Program-made: the position numbers and the translations under genes
Assembly (NCBI GenBank): GCA_963702895.1
Contig: OY969767.1
Coordinates: 1,792,001 to 1,856,000 of the forward strand
DNA from: an uncultured Elusimicrobia bacterium
GTDB taxonomy: Bacteria; Elusimicrobiota; Elusimicrobia; 2-01-FULL-59-12
Direction: 5' to 3'
DNA: 64,000 nucleotides
Shown: positions 10,311 through 20,515 of the stretch, in pieces
Layout of the letters: every line of letters starts with the position of its first letter
Position numbering within the stretch: the first letter of the stretch is position 1
Notes under the pieces: generated by a model
Seen by the model: the letters and a program-made list of their open reading frames with translations, nothing else
Told to the model about the DNA's origin: nothing
Database searches by the model: none

Positions 10311-11228
10311 TCAGGGGTGGTCGAAATGGCTGAGTTCTTTGAGCGTCCGTACCCGGGCCAAGAGCTGTTCTTCGGTCAGGGTTTTCAGTCGCTCAAGGCT
10401 GAAGTTCTCAACGGTAAAAGACGCCATGGCCGTCCCAAACACAACGGCACGGCGGAGCATCGGCTCCGAAATATCGCCGCCGTTTTGGGCGAGATAGCCA
10501 AAGAACCCTCCGGCGAAAGTATCGCCAGCACCGGTGGGATCATACACTTCCTCAAGAGGAAAGGCGGGTGCCGCGAAAAAGCTGTTGTTTCCAAAAAGCA
10601 AGGCGCCATGTTCCCCCTTTTTAATCACGACATACTTGGGCCCCCACGACTGGAGTAAGCGACCCGCTCGAATGAGGCTCGGGCTGTCGGCGAACTGCCT
10701 TGCTTCTCCATCATTGATAAAAAGGAAGTCAACCCTCTTGAGCACGCGCTTCAAGGCGTCCGGTTTGATCTTGATCCAAAGATTCATCGTGTCGCAGGCA
10801 ACAAGTTTCGGTTTTTCCACCTGATCGAGCACGGACAGCTGCAAGTCGGGATCGATATTGGCGAGAAAGACGAAGGCGCTTTTCTTGTAGGAGGCCGGGA
10901 TTTGAGGCCTAAAGGTTTCAAAAACGTTGAGTTCGGTGGCGAGCGTACGCGCTTCGTTCAGGTCATATTCATACGAGCCCGCCCAACGGAAGGTTTTCCC
11001 TCGGGCCACCTGCAGGCCCTCCGTGTGAATGCCCCGCTTCTTGAGAAGCGTGAGGTGTTCCAGAGGAAAGTCCTCCCCCACCACGCCGACCAGCCTTACG
11101 GTGGGCACGAAAAAGCTCGCGGAATAACAGGAATAGGTGGCCGACCCGCCGAGGGCTTCCTTGACTTCCCCAAAAGGTGTGCGCACCGAATCGAGCGCGA
11201 CCGACCCGACGATCAACAATTCACTCAT
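10311..11228 (-). CDS. PfkB-family sugar/nucleoside kinase
   Basis: LGGSATY and the DPTGAGDTFAGG signature. Confidence 0.93.
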   Translation of the reverse strand: MSELLIVGSVALDSVRTPFGEVKEALGGSATYSCYSASFFVPTVRLVGVVGEDFPLEHLTLLKKRGIHTEGLQVARGKTFRWAGSYEYDLNEARTLATELNVFETFRPQIPASYKKSAFVFLANIDPDLQLSVLDQVEKPKLVACDTMNLWIKIKPDALKRVLKRVDFLFINDGEARQFADSPSLIRAGRLLQSWGPKYVVIKKGEHGALLFGNNSFFAAPAFPLEEVYDPTGAGDTFAGGFFGYLAQNGGDISEPMLRRAVVFGTAMASFTVENFSLERLKTLTEEQLLARVRTLKELSHFDHP

Positions 11229-11670
11229 TCGTGGGGATCAGTTTAATATTTTCTGGAGGGGCAATGTTAGCGGCATTGGCAACGGAGGTCAAAAAGGCGT
11301 GCCAGCTGTAAGGCTTCTCAAAGAACCCCACCACGAGTGAGCGCTCGTGCTCGCTGAGTTGTTCGAGCCATGGCCGGCCGGGGCGTGGCCCGCGGAAGGC
11401 CCGGTTGCCCATGGCGGTGATCAGGATTACTTTGGGTTTCTCCTTGAGTCCCAACTCCCAGAGTCTGCGGATGACTTCCAGTCCGTTCATCTCATCCGCA
11501 AGCGCAATATCGAGGATCATGACATCGGAGGGGTCCTTGAGTGAGAGCTCCACGGCTTCTTTGCCGGACAGCACATGCTCTTGCGACCAGTCGGAGAAAA
11601 TAAAACGCACGAAATCTGCGATCGCCCTAGCGGTCGCTGGATGATCTTCCACAATCATGACCTTTTTCAC
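11221..11670 (-). CDS. Single-domain response regulator
   Basis: VMIVED, ILDIAL, ITA and FEKP receiver motifs. Confidence 0.85.
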   Translation of the reverse strand: MKKVMIVEDHPATARAIADFVRFIFSDWSQEHVLSGKEAVELSLKDPSDVMILDIALADEMNGLEVIRRLWELGLKEKPKVILITAMGNRAFRGPRPGRPWLEQLSEHERSLVVGFFEKPYSWHAFLTSVANAANIAPPENIKLIPTNE

Positions 11671-11771
11671 GATATATGGATATACCCCGAAATGACAGAT
11701 CGTTTCAATGGGTCAAGTGATTATTTTTGTGTGGGTCGAAAGGACAGCGTCAATAGGCCTTCAAATCGCAT

Positions 11772-12152
11772 TTAAAGGGAGGAGCGTTTTGCATGCGTGT
11801 TGAGGGGTTCATGCTTGGAAGCCCTCGCAGGCTGCTTGAGACGAGGGGGTTGGCATGCATTTCCTAGAGCCAGTCGCACTTTTCTCGGGCGCGGGAGGCG
11901 CTTGATGCCGGCTTCTCTGCGCAGAGCTGCGGCGCGGCAATAGCCTTGTTCGGAGTAAAGAAGCCGTACCGGTCGATGGGTGCGCGTGTAGGCGCCGCCG
12001 CGCCCGGCGTTATGGGCCAGGACCCGGGCTTTTAAGTCTTTGGTAATGCCCGTATAAAGCGTGCCATCCGAGCACCGAAGGATATAGACATACCAGTCCG
12101 TGCCGCCATCGTCTTTCATGCCAGCGAGCATCTTCACATAACGGGGATGCAT
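11772..12152 (-). CDS. GIY-YIG nuclease (UPF0213/YhbQ-like)
   Basis: WYVYILRCSDGTLYTGIT, HNAGRGGAYTR and ALRREAGIK. Confidence 0.9.
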   Translation of the reverse strand: MHPRYVKMLAGMKDDGGTDWYVYILRCSDGTLYTGITKDLKARVLAHNAGRGGAYTRTHRPVRLLYSEQGYCRAAALRREAGIKRLPRPRKVRLALGNACQPPRLKQPARASKHEPLNTHAKRSSL

Positions 12153-12319
12153 CAGCCCTTCTTCGTCATGAGAAAACCGTTTTCAGGCGTCATCTGATGA
12201 AAAGAGCCTGACCCGGAAGGGACATCCGGCCAAGAGCTTCGCGCTTGCCTTTGTGGGAGTTCCTCTCCATCGCGTCAAAATGCGTCCAATGTTTCACCGG
12301 AAAAGAGAATCGTGACGCT

Positions 12320-12967
12320 TCAAGCTACCTTGCGCGACTTTCTCACCTCCAGCAAATACAGGACATTGACTGCAGGTGCCCATCCCTCTAACAAATACTC
12401 ATAGGCCAGTGGCAAGTGCCTGGCCAAATATTCGAACCCCAGCCACCGATGTGGTGTTCGAAAAGTCAGATGGCGTTCCACGATTTTAAAATAAGGCTCG
12501 GTGTACCATCCCCGAAGCGGAGTGCCCTTCGCAAAGAACCGATTAAACAAGACTTGGGCCCGTGGCAAGGGAGCGTCTTCTGGTTGAGAAAAGAAATCGA
12601 AACTTCTATAGGCCATATACCGAACATGCGTCGGGTCCACAAACGCGTCCGGGTTGGAATGGTGAGGACAAACAATTCTTATTGAAGCACCTGACTTGCT
12701 GATGCGATGAAGCTCTCGACAGAAGGCTTCCAGGTCAGGCATATGTTCGGCGATGTGGCTTACGATCAGGTGATCAAAAGTATCATCGGGAAAGGGCCAT
12801 GGGTAGCGGGTGAGGTCATGCACGACATCAGTCCCTTCACTTTTGACTCGGTCAATACCGATAGCCCATGGGACCTTTTTCAGAGGACCACATCCGATAT
12901 CCAAGACCGACGTTCCAGCGGGAAAATGTTCAGCAGCAAAAAAGGATGCTTCTTTGTCCTGGCCCAT
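12320..12967 (-). CDS. Class I SAM-dependent methyltransferase
   Basis: VLDIGCG, HDL..YPWPF, SHIAEH and DPTH. Confidence 0.85.
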   Translation of the reverse strand: MGQDKEASFFAAEHFPAGTSVLDIGCGPLKKVPWAIGIDRVKSEGTDVVHDLTRYPWPFPDDTFDHLIVSHIAEHMPDLEAFCRELHRISKSGASIRIVCPHHSNPDAFVDPTHVRYMAYRSFDFFSQPEDAPLPRAQVLFNRFFAKGTPLRGWYTEPYFKIVERHLTFRTPHRWLGFEYLARHLPLAYEYLLEGWAPAVNVLYLLEVRKSRKVA

Positions 12968-12985
12968 ACGTTGGTGTGAATGAAA

Positions 12986-13741
12986 CTATGTTTTCCTGCA
13001 AAAAACAACTGTGTAATAAGGGGGAAGCGAACTCCCCTCTGCAGTTGCTCCACCATGTTGATGGGAGCCGTCCATGCCAATGGGATGGCTGTGGTTGCGC
13101 ATGAGCGCACCAAAATGAAGTCCTGCATCCGATACCGCATATTGACTAGGCGGTGGAAACCCTGAGCTACCCCCGTGAGCGTGTTGTCCGTCCAATGCTA
13201 TGCCGTGACTGTGCGTTGCGGACCCGCCCGTAACCCCCGAGGTCGCACCCCCCAAAGGAAACCGGGTATTGAGCTGAGTGAACGGACTCCAACCGACAGG
13301 ACAGGATGAATCAAACAGCGCGATCATACCGCTGGGCACTAAGCCAAAACCACTCGTGACCTTGGAAGGCGAGACGGACCCATCTGCAATGGAACTGGCG
13401 ATGTTCGCGTAGACGGTCGCGCTCACGGGCTCACGGGGAAGGAGCTGCTGCCCCTCAATCGTCACTTCAATATAGGGATCCACCGTTTCCCAGGGAACTC
13501 CTGAAGGATTCAATTGCACAGCAAAGTGGCCGTGGGAGACCTGCACCGGCAGGTTGCCGCTCGACCAGTAGACTTGCGTGCCCGCCTGATTGGTGATGCG
13601 GAATTGCATTTGCTTGGAACCGCTTGCCGGGACCCCTTTGTCTTTGAGCGCTCCCTGATAGGTGATGGTGGATGGCATGGCCCAGCCCGCCAGAGGAAAC
13701 GACCAAAAATACAGGGATAGCAGTATAAGTCTCATGTTCAT
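12986..13741 (-). CDS. Secreted protein with tail-collar/fibre-like C-terminus
   Basis: Signal peptide, ITYQG N-domain, VPSGMIALF..CPVGW..RFPLG..GGSATHSH and LPPYYTVVFC. Confidence 0.7.
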   Translation of the reverse strand: MNMRLILLSLYFWSFPLAGWAMPSTITYQGALKDKGVPASGSKQMQFRITNQAGTQVYWSSGNLPVQVSHGHFAVQLNPSGVPWETVDPYIEVTIEGQQLLPREPVSATVYANIASSIADGSVSPSKVTSGFGLVPSGMIALFDSSCPVGWSPFTQLNTRFPLGGATSGVTGGSATHSHGIALDGQHAHGGSSGFPPPSQYAVSDAGLHFGALMRNHSHPIGMDGSHQHGGATAEGSSLPPYYTVVFCRKT

Positions 13742-13753
13742 GAAAGATACCTC

Positions 13754-15016
13754 CTACCCCTTAGATGCAGAAGTCGCAAAAATATTCGCGATCATGCTAA
13801 AAAAAGGTCTAAAGTCCCGGGTCTCAGACTCAAGCGTGAGAGGACTTCTGATCATCACGTGTGGCGGTTGATCACGGTGTGAAACAGGCACTAAAATCAA
13901 TGGTTTTCCGCGCGCGGCCAGCCTCGCCTGGAGCACCCGTAGGAGCCGCGCGCGGTAAGGAACAGGCAACTGAAATTCTTCTCGCAGCTCTTCCATCACT
14001 GCCTCTATCCCTTGGGACTCCAAACCCCATCGGCTCAGGGCGGCTCGTATTTCATGTTGTGCCTCATGGGGGATCTCACCCCGCTCGGCCGGCCAGACCC
14101 CAGCCGTATGATTCATGAGGATTTCCATGAGCTCCAGCTGGGCCGCTCGTTTGCTCACTCTCCACGTCTTGGGCTGTAATCTCTGGACCCACTCTCTGGC
14201 GCAGTAGAGGAGTCTCGCGTTATACGGCAGGCCTCCTCCCAGCGCCAAGAGGACGGGCACATTCGTCTTGAGTAAACGAAGGAGCTTCCAGCCGATGTGC
14301 GAAAAATCTGTGCCACGCAGGAAAAGACGCCTCTGACTCCAGGACTGTGTGGAAGGCTGGCGGTCATAGGCAAGATAGATCTGGTTCATCCAAGCGCCAT
14401 AAAAGCCACCCACAGCGGCAGAGACCGTATCCAGCGCGAAAGGATCGATCGCGAGCAGACATTGGGGATGCTGATGAAAGAGGCGGCCTGGGCGGCGAGC
14501 TTCCACAAAGGCATCCGCCACCACAAGGGCCTGCCTCATCACCTCAAAGCGGAGCCATTCGAGGGGCCCCACGGTCTCCGGATGAGACAGGACGACAAGA
14601 AGTGCCGGCCACTGGCCGTTTTTGCGCTTGAGCTCTTCCGCCAGATGCAACGTCTCTTGAATTCTTTCCTCCAGATGCGGATTCGACTCCGGCGCGTGGT
14701 TTCTCATCGCGCTCACCACCCACTGGACATACGGTTTGCGCAAGCACCAAGGCAACAGAAACATCGCAGATCCCCAGAGAGTGCCCACGAGATTAAAGAA
14801 GGGCTCGATCCAAACACGTTGGAAGGGTTGAAACCGAGCGGGAGCTTGGTGGAGCGCCCGTCGCCGGATGGCATCCGCCTTGATGACCGCGTTCGTCAGG
14901 TCTTCCGGGGATGGCCTGCGCATGACGTTAAGGGAGCCAGTAGGAAAGAAGGATCGTCTTATGGCCCGAGCCAACGGCGGCAATCCAGAGTTGAGAACGG
15001 CCTTGCCCCATCGCAT
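13754..15016 (-). CDS. Hypothetical protein
   Basis: Long ORF in a co-oriented gene run; no motif recognised; the true start may be downstream. Confidence 0.55.
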   Translation of the reverse strand: MRWGKAVLNSGLPPLARAIRRSFFPTGSLNVMRRPSPEDLTNAVIKADAIRRRALHQAPARFQPFQRVWIEPFFNLVGTLWGSAMFLLPWCLRKPYVQWVVSAMRNHAPESNPHLEERIQETLHLAEELKRKNGQWPALLVVLSHPETVGPLEWLRFEVMRQALVVADAFVEARRPGRLFHQHPQCLLAIDPFALDTVSAAVGGFYGAWMNQIYLAYDRQPSTQSWSQRRLFLRGTDFSHIGWKLLRLLKTNVPVLLALGGGLPYNARLLYCAREWVQRLQPKTWRVSKRAAQLELMEILMNHTAGVWPAERGEIPHEAQHEIRAALSRWGLESQGIEAVMEELREEFQLPVPYRARLLRVLQARLAARGKPLILVPVSHRDQPPHVMIRSPLTLESETRDFRPFFSMIANIFATSASKG

Positions 15017-16427
15017 CAGCTACGACAAAATCCGCCAGCAACCCCGCGACAGGCAACTTCCATTGTGGTGCCATTTCGAGGCCGTTCCAAGCTAAGCTCA
15101 CAAGCTCAGATTCTTTATAAATCTTGAGCCGAGCCAGTCGGATGGGGCTGGCTTGAATATTGTGAGGAACAAGCAGCTGCGATTTGCCTGGCTCTGCGCG
15201 ATAGCTGAGCAGCCGTGGATAAAGGCTTCCCATTTGCTCACCTTCCCAACTAAAGTCCGCCTTCGTGCCGCCATAGACCTCACGCGAACTCCATTTGGCG
15301 TCCCGAAAGAGGGTCCGCAAGCGCTCCCCGCTTTGCAAAAACGCGAAATCTTCCACCCCGTCAGCATCCCAGTCCCCCCAGGTATAACCAAAGAGCTGAT
15401 CGTCATTGAGCGCTCGGGGGAGCTTGAGCGCGGGGCCGTTCGTGAATGTCTGGTCCTTCTTGACGACCAGGGAGGGCTGCCGTACGCGCAACTCGCGAGA
15501 CATCGAAAGGTCTTGCCAGACCAGGTCCCGTCTTCCGTCCATGCGGTCCATCGCTCGCACAAAACCGTCCATGCGGCCGACTTCCCGCAGAGCGCCACTG
15601 GAAAGTTCCAGGACGACGGTACGGGCGCGGCGATTGCCTTCCACAAAGAGAGAGGCAAAAATGAGCTCATGACCGACGTTTTCGAGATCCGCGGTACCCA
15701 CCGCCAGGAAATTTCGATAGGAGCGAGACTGATAAACCGCCACCGACTCGAGCTTCGTGGAATTCCAGCGAAAAACCTCAAGTTGATCGCGATAGGCCAC
15801 CACGACTTCCTTTTCCCCGTCTCCGTCGACATCAGCCACAGCAAGACCCATGGCTTCCTGCTTGATGGGTTCGCTTCGCCAGGTCTCTTTAGGGAGAAGG
15901 GGCACCATCACGGAGGCAAGTCCCAAAGCAGCGGGAACAACGGTCGGCTGAGCCGCTGCCGGCGCGGCGGCCTTGTGGCGCGTACGGTCACCCGCTTTAA
16001 GATCCTGCTTCGACTGGAATAATTTTCCGGTCGAGACCTTTTTCTGTATGGACTCGAGAACCCCCTGCCCCAGGACGGACTCTGAGCGGCCGAGGGACGC
16101 TCCGGTGACGGGATGCTTGAGCTCCTCTCCTTCGCGGTAAATCTCAAACTGATCACCCAGGGCAACACCGGAGGTCGCACCCCAGTCCAGATAGACCGTG
16201 GCGCTTTCAACTTTCACGACATAGCCGTCCGTGACAGAGGCCAGGGTCCAGGAGAGAGCGGACAAGAGGAAGACAGAACATAGCAGAAGGGTCAAAGCAG
16301 AAAAACGATAGCAGAGAAAGGAGAGCTGAGCTCTCTGCTTTGCAGGCATTGCTTTCGTCGGTGTGCGATGAGATTTTTGCTTTAAGTTTTTTTCCGAGGT
16401 TTGCTGTGTTAGATCGTGTATTTCCAT
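14928..16427 (-). CDS. Exported FlgT_C-like plus FG-GAP/VCBS repeat protein
   Basis: VYLDWG..GV..GDQFEIYREG..HPVTG; ADVDGDG and GDWDADG repeats. Start uncertain. Confidence 0.7.
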   Translation of the reverse strand: MEIHDLTQQTSEKNLKQKSHRTPTKAMPAKQRAQLSFLCYRFSALTLLLCSVFLLSALSWTLASVTDGYVVKVESATVYLDWGATSGVALGDQFEIYREGEELKHPVTGASLGRSESVLGQGVLESIQKKVSTGKLFQSKQDLKAGDRTRHKAAAPAAAQPTVVPAALGLASVMVPLLPKETWRSEPIKQEAMGLAVADVDGDGEKEVVVAYRDQLEVFRWNSTKLESVAVYQSRSYRNFLAVGTADLENVGHELIFASLFVEGNRRARTVVLELSSGALREVGRMDGFVRAMDRMDGRRDLVWQDLSMSRELRVRQPSLVVKKDQTFTNGPALKLPRALNDDQLFGYTWGDWDADGVEDFAFLQSGERLRTLFRDAKWSSREVYGGTKADFSWEGEQMGSLYPRLLSYRAEPGKSQLLVPHNIQASPIRLARLKIYKESELVSLAWNGLEMAPQWKLPVAGLLADFVVADAMGQGRSQLWIAAVGSGHKTILLSYWLP

Positions 16428-17251
16428 GCGGCCTCCAGATCAGCGAAGCTTCGAAATTTAGCCGGGTAAGCATCCGAGATCGCCTGATCCACCTCCACCA
16501 CGCGCAGCTCACTTAAGAATTGGGCAAAGGCGAGCGGACTTCCCTGGGCAAGAAGATAAGAGACGACGCTTTCCACCTGCTGGTACCAGACATCGGTCCG
16601 TCTCTTCTCTTCGGAGTTCGTTACGAAAAAGGTCATTTGTGAAAAAGCCATTCTGCTTTGGCGAAGCTGGGCGGTTTGGGAAGAGGAATAGGACGCGCGC
16701 TCACTCTCCGACATCCTGGAGACTTCTTCATACATCGCGAGCCCCTCGTCGAGCCATTTGAGGGTGGTGAGCTTGTCTCCGAGGTAGGCCTTGAGGAGCA
16801 GATGCGCCATAAAGTGCGCCAGTTCCGGTTCGAGGTCCTCTCTGTTGTAATAGAGGAACATGGTTTTCCCGCTTGTGACGACCTGAGATGTGGCTGGCTG
16901 CTTGGTCTTGTTCAAGTAGTCCTCACGATCCCGGTACACAACAAGGTTGAAACTTTGCGACGACAGGAACGTGTAGAGACCGATATCCGAACCAATCTTC
17001 GTGAACAGGTCCTCCGCCAGAAGGCGGAGGCTCTCAAGGTCTGCCTGCGAATAGCCCTTGAGCGTAAAGTGGGCGCTTGTGACGGTCGCGTGACCGGCAT
17101 CCAAATCGGGGTAGGGGGTCTCCGGTTTGGACTCGCTTTGCACGGCGGGAACGGCCCCCGGAGGGAGCTGCTCGAGGGAGACGCAGGAGGCTAAAAAGAG
17201 CCCCGAGAGGAGCGGACAGAGGCGCGCGAAAAAACGAGAATGGCTTTTCAA
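16409..17251 (-). CDS. Lipoprotein, peptidase MA-like fold (HExxH degenerate)
   Basis: Lipobox FLASC; LAHFMAH..WLDEGLAMY. Confidence 0.65.
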   Translation of the reverse strand: MKSHSRFFARLCPLLSGLFLASCVSLEQLPPGAVPAVQSESKPETPYPDLDAGHATVTSAHFTLKGYSQADLESLRLLAEDLFTKIGSDIGLYTFLSSQSFNLVVYRDREDYLNKTKQPATSQVVTSGKTMFLYYNREDLEPELAHFMAHLLLKAYLGDKLTTLKWLDEGLAMYEEVSRMSESERASYSSSQTAQLRQSRMAFSQMTFFVTNSEEKRRTDVWYQQVESVVSYLLAQGSPLAFAQFLSELRVVEVDQAISDAYPAKFRSFADLEAAWKYTI

Positions 17252-17745
17252 TCCTTCTTTTCTTTCTTGGGTGGAGCGCCGATCTCACCCAGCGCCCGGG
17301 CCGCCGCGGCGCGCACTGCGGGTTCCTGTTCACTGGCGACGATATCCGTGAGCCACTTGATGGCTTTTTTCTCACTAATCTTGCCGATCACGACCACCGA
17401 TTTTGCCTTGGCGCCCGCGCCCCACGTAAACTGCGGATTCACAAGGGCCTCCATCAAGCGCTTCACCGTAGCGTCTTGGTGAGCGGCCACAAGCGCTTTG
17501 ACAAGAGCCTCCTGGAGACCGGCATCGGAAGAAGCAATCAGCGCGGTTTCCAAGGGCATCACCGCTTGCTCAGCGGCATCCGGTACTTCGGAGAGCGCCC
17601 AGGCCGCGGCGCTGCTGACTTCGATATTGGCATCTTGCAAAGCCTTCACCAGGGCCTGGACCGTTGGCTTGGGAAGCCCTCCGGCATAGGCTTGGACCGT
17701 GATCCCTGCGGCGGCGACACAAACAGCGAAGGTTGATTTTTTCAT
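17248..17745 (-). CDS. Exported HEAT-repeat protein
   Basis: Signal peptide; ALQDAN..AAWAL and VRAAAARALGEI. Confidence 0.75.
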   Translation of the reverse strand: MKKSTFAVCVAAAGITVQAYAGGLPKPTVQALVKALQDANIEVSSAAAWALSEVPDAAEQAVMPLETALIASSDAGLQEALVKALVAAHQDATVKRLMEALVNPQFTWGAGAKAKSVVVIGKISEKKAIKWLTDIVASEQEPAVRAAAARALGEIGAPPKKEKKD

Positions 17746-17769
17746 GATGTCCCATGTTAGGATAGATTG

Positions 17770-18627
17770 ATGCGTAAAATCAACGCCGGGTCGTCGGCCA
17801 TCCTTTTCCTGTTGTGCCTAAGCGCCTGCAGTCCCCAGCGATATTTCTATTACCCCAACCGCGTCCTCTACGTTGATCCCGACAAGACCGGTCTCGACCC
17901 TGAACTCGTGCAGTATCCCAGCATCAACGGCAAGAAACTGACCGCCTTATTCTTTAAGACCGCCCAACGGCCAAAGGGCACGATTGTCCATTTCCATGGC
18001 AATCATGGGAATGTCTCCGGGCATTTCCCTTATGCAACCTTTTTATTGAAGTACGGGTATGATCTGCTGGCCTTTGATTACCAGGGCTACGGAGCGTCGG
18101 AGGGGAAGCCAACACCACAACATCTGGTCGAGGATGGAATCAGTTCTGTTCGCCATGCTCAGAAACATCTCCGCGATCCACAGACGGGTGTTGGCATCCT
18201 GGGACAGTCGCTTGGCGGCGCGGCCGCCTTGGTGGTGAGCGCCCAAGAGCCGCTTGTGAAAGCGGCGGTCATCGAGTCCGCCTTTTCCAGCCACGCTTCC
18301 ATGGCCCGCGCCGCGCTGGGGCGACATATTCTCACTTGGCCTCTCTACCCCTTCATGCCGTTCATGATGAACCGATCTTGTGATCCTATTCGGTTTGCTG
18401 ACAAAGTGGCCCCGCGACCTCTTTACTTTCTTCATGGGGATCAAGACAAGATCATTCCTGTCTCGATGAGCCGGGTGCTTTTTGAGCGGGCGCGGGAACC
18501 CAAAAAACTATGGATTGTTCCGGGCGCCGGGCATCTTGAGATCCGGAAGAAGATCGGAACGGACTACGAGAAGTCGATCGCGGCGTTCTTTGACGAGGCG
18601 CTCTCTACAGGTAATAAACCAAACTGA
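17770..18627 (+). CDS. Alpha/beta hydrolase lipoprotein
   Basis: Lipobox LSAC, HFHGN, DYQGYG, GQSLGG, HGDQD and GAGH. Confidence 0.9.
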   Translation: MRKINAGSSAILFLLCLSACSPQRYFYYPNRVLYVDPDKTGLDPELVQYPSINGKKLTALFFKTAQRPKGTIVHFHGNHGNVSGHFPYATFLLKYGYDLLAFDYQGYGASEGKPTPQHLVEDGISSVRHAQKHLRDPQTGVGILGQSLGGAAALVVSAQEPLVKAAVIESAFSSHASMARAALGRHILTWPLYPFMPFMMNRSCDPIRFADKVAPRPLYFLHGDQDKIIPVSMSRVLFERAREPKKLWIVPGAGHLEIRKKIGTDYEKSIAAFFDEALSTGNKPN

Positions 18628-20464
18628 ACAGGGCTTCCTTGTTGGAGTTTAAGCGCTCAAGCTTCACGCGAAGCTCGAAGTCCTTGGCTACCGTGAGGCT
18701 TTGCACAAGACTCCATTTCACCGTGGCAGGAGTTCCCCCCACCGCATAAGGGAAATACGCTGACGAAAGACTCATCCGCCAGAGCTTGACGGGATAGAGC
18801 AGCAGTCCTCCGGAAGGACCACCGCCGAAGCGCACCCAATTCTCGTACATGTGCCCCAACTCAAGCGTCATTTCGACCATGCCGTAAAGAAGGGCTTTGT
18901 CGCTTCCAAAAAGCCTAACGGTGTACCCGGGACCGAGATTCAAACCGTAAGAGAGACTGTGTTCGGGGTCTCGGTCGAGGTCCCCGGCTACAGCGAACCC
19001 CGAGTTCACTTTCCACGAGGGCGGGTGGATCCAGCGGTCATAGGGAACGATGGAGACCATATCGATCAAAGAAAACTGCTGAACATAAAACTCGCTCCGG
19101 TCGTTGTCCATCCGCAACTTCAGGTGAAACATCTCAAGCTTACTCCCGGGCAGATAGCCTTCTGCCGGATCTTCTTGATCGTGAATGGCCGGGCGCAGCG
19201 AAAGCTCTTCAAAATGAGACCTGTTCGAAACGCCGTAGGAGAGTCCGATCCTCCCTGATTTGTGCCCCTGGTCTGGCGGGACCACGGTCCCGAGGGCTTC
19301 TTGCCCAGCTGGCTGGGTTGGCGGCAACTGGCTTCTGGCCTGAAGGAGGAGGTGCTCCTTTTCCTTGAGACTTTCGGACTGGTCGCGCGAAAACCCGTGC
19401 TTGTATCGGAAAAGGTCATGCGCGGACTCAAGGACAAGAGCCTGCCGCTCGGGTGGTAGAGCGAGGAAGTCGGCCGTTTTGACCTCGTCTGGCTCGGCGT
19501 AGACCTGTTCCGCAAGCATCACCTCCGCTTCCTTGAGGCGAGCGCGGGCCGCGAGCATCCGCTTGGCATGCGAGGGGCGGAGCACGGAGGCTGTTCCCCC
19601 AACTTGACCAGAGGTGGCCACGCGAAGCGTGTCCGCTGGAATCGTCTTCAACAGGAAACTGCTTTTATAGTCTTTTGATGGATCCGCCACTTCAAGGAGC
19701 GGCATGAGGTAATAGGAGCAATTCTTATTGAGAAAAAAGTAGCGTAGCCGGGCATTGCCGAGCTCCCAAAGGTGATCGATGAGGCGCGCGATCGCAGGCG
19801 TAGAAAGCCGCAGATCATATTCCCAAAGGTCCCGGGACTCGAGGTTCGAGTATTCCTGGACTTTCATGTAATAGGGAAATGTCGAGAACCGGCCGTGGTA
19901 GCCTCCCAGGAGGCCTTTCACCGCAAAGAGCAGGCCGGAATCCCCCTCAAGGTCTGCGGCAAAGTTGACGACATAGTTCATCAGTTCATTTTCTTTCCCC
20001 GCCTTTTTCCTGAGCAGCAAAAAGGTATGGCCATACATGGAGGAAGGATTGCTCATGTATGAGGAAGCAAAGACGAGCGCAACCTCTTGCGGAAGCATCT
20101 GGTCTTTCCACTTCTGGTAACGCTCGCAAGCGGGGTGCGCTAGGGCGGCGGGATCGAGGCCGAGCTGCTCCCGCAGCCATTGGAAACGGGCAGGATAGCG
20201 GCAGATGGCATGCTGAAGGGTCGTGTCGGAAGGAGATGGCGCGAAAAAGGCTCCCAGCGTCGCGAAAAGCTCTGCTCGTGGATCACGCCGACCGCCGCGA
20301 GAAACAAAAAAAGAGGCATCATCAATTTCGCTCTGATAACGACCGAGCAAGTTCGTTCGGTAATGGAGAAGTCTTAACCAGTAGGGGTGGGAATCCAGAC
20401 GCAACGCCAGAGCTTTCTCCTGAAGGGACTCCAGAGCGTTGGAAGCAAAAGCGGGCTGGATCAT
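18605..20464 (-). CDS. DUF4105-family protein
   Basis: WLRLLHY, CRYPARF, SMYGHTFL, ESRDLWEY and YFFLNKNCS; C-terminal beta-rich domain. Confidence 0.8.
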   Translation of the reverse strand: MIQPAFASNALESLQEKALALRLDSHPYWLRLLHYRTNLLGRYQSEIDDASFFVSRGGRRDPRAELFATLGAFFAPSPSDTTLQHAICRYPARFQWLREQLGLDPAALAHPACERYQKWKDQMLPQEVALVFASSYMSNPSSMYGHTFLLLRKKAGKENELMNYVVNFAADLEGDSGLLFAVKGLLGGYHGRFSTFPYYMKVQEYSNLESRDLWEYDLRLSTPAIARLIDHLWELGNARLRYFFLNKNCSYYLMPLLEVADPSKDYKSSFLLKTIPADTLRVATSGQVGGTASVLRPSHAKRMLAARARLKEAEVMLAEQVYAEPDEVKTADFLALPPERQALVLESAHDLFRYKHGFSRDQSESLKEKEHLLLQARSQLPPTQPAGQEALGTVVPPDQGHKSGRIGLSYGVSNRSHFEELSLRPAIHDQEDPAEGYLPGSKLEMFHLKLRMDNDRSEFYVQQFSLIDMVSIVPYDRWIHPPSWKVNSGFAVAGDLDRDPEHSLSYGLNLGPGYTVRLFGSDKALLYGMVEMTLELGHMYENWVRFGGGPSGGLLLYPVKLWRMSLSSAYFPYAVGGTPATVKWSLVQSLTVAKDFELRVKLERLNSNKEALFSLVYYL

Positions 20465-20515
20465 CAGGAGGACGATCCAACCCGCTCTTTGAAGCGAACG
20501 GAATGACAGGGTGAC

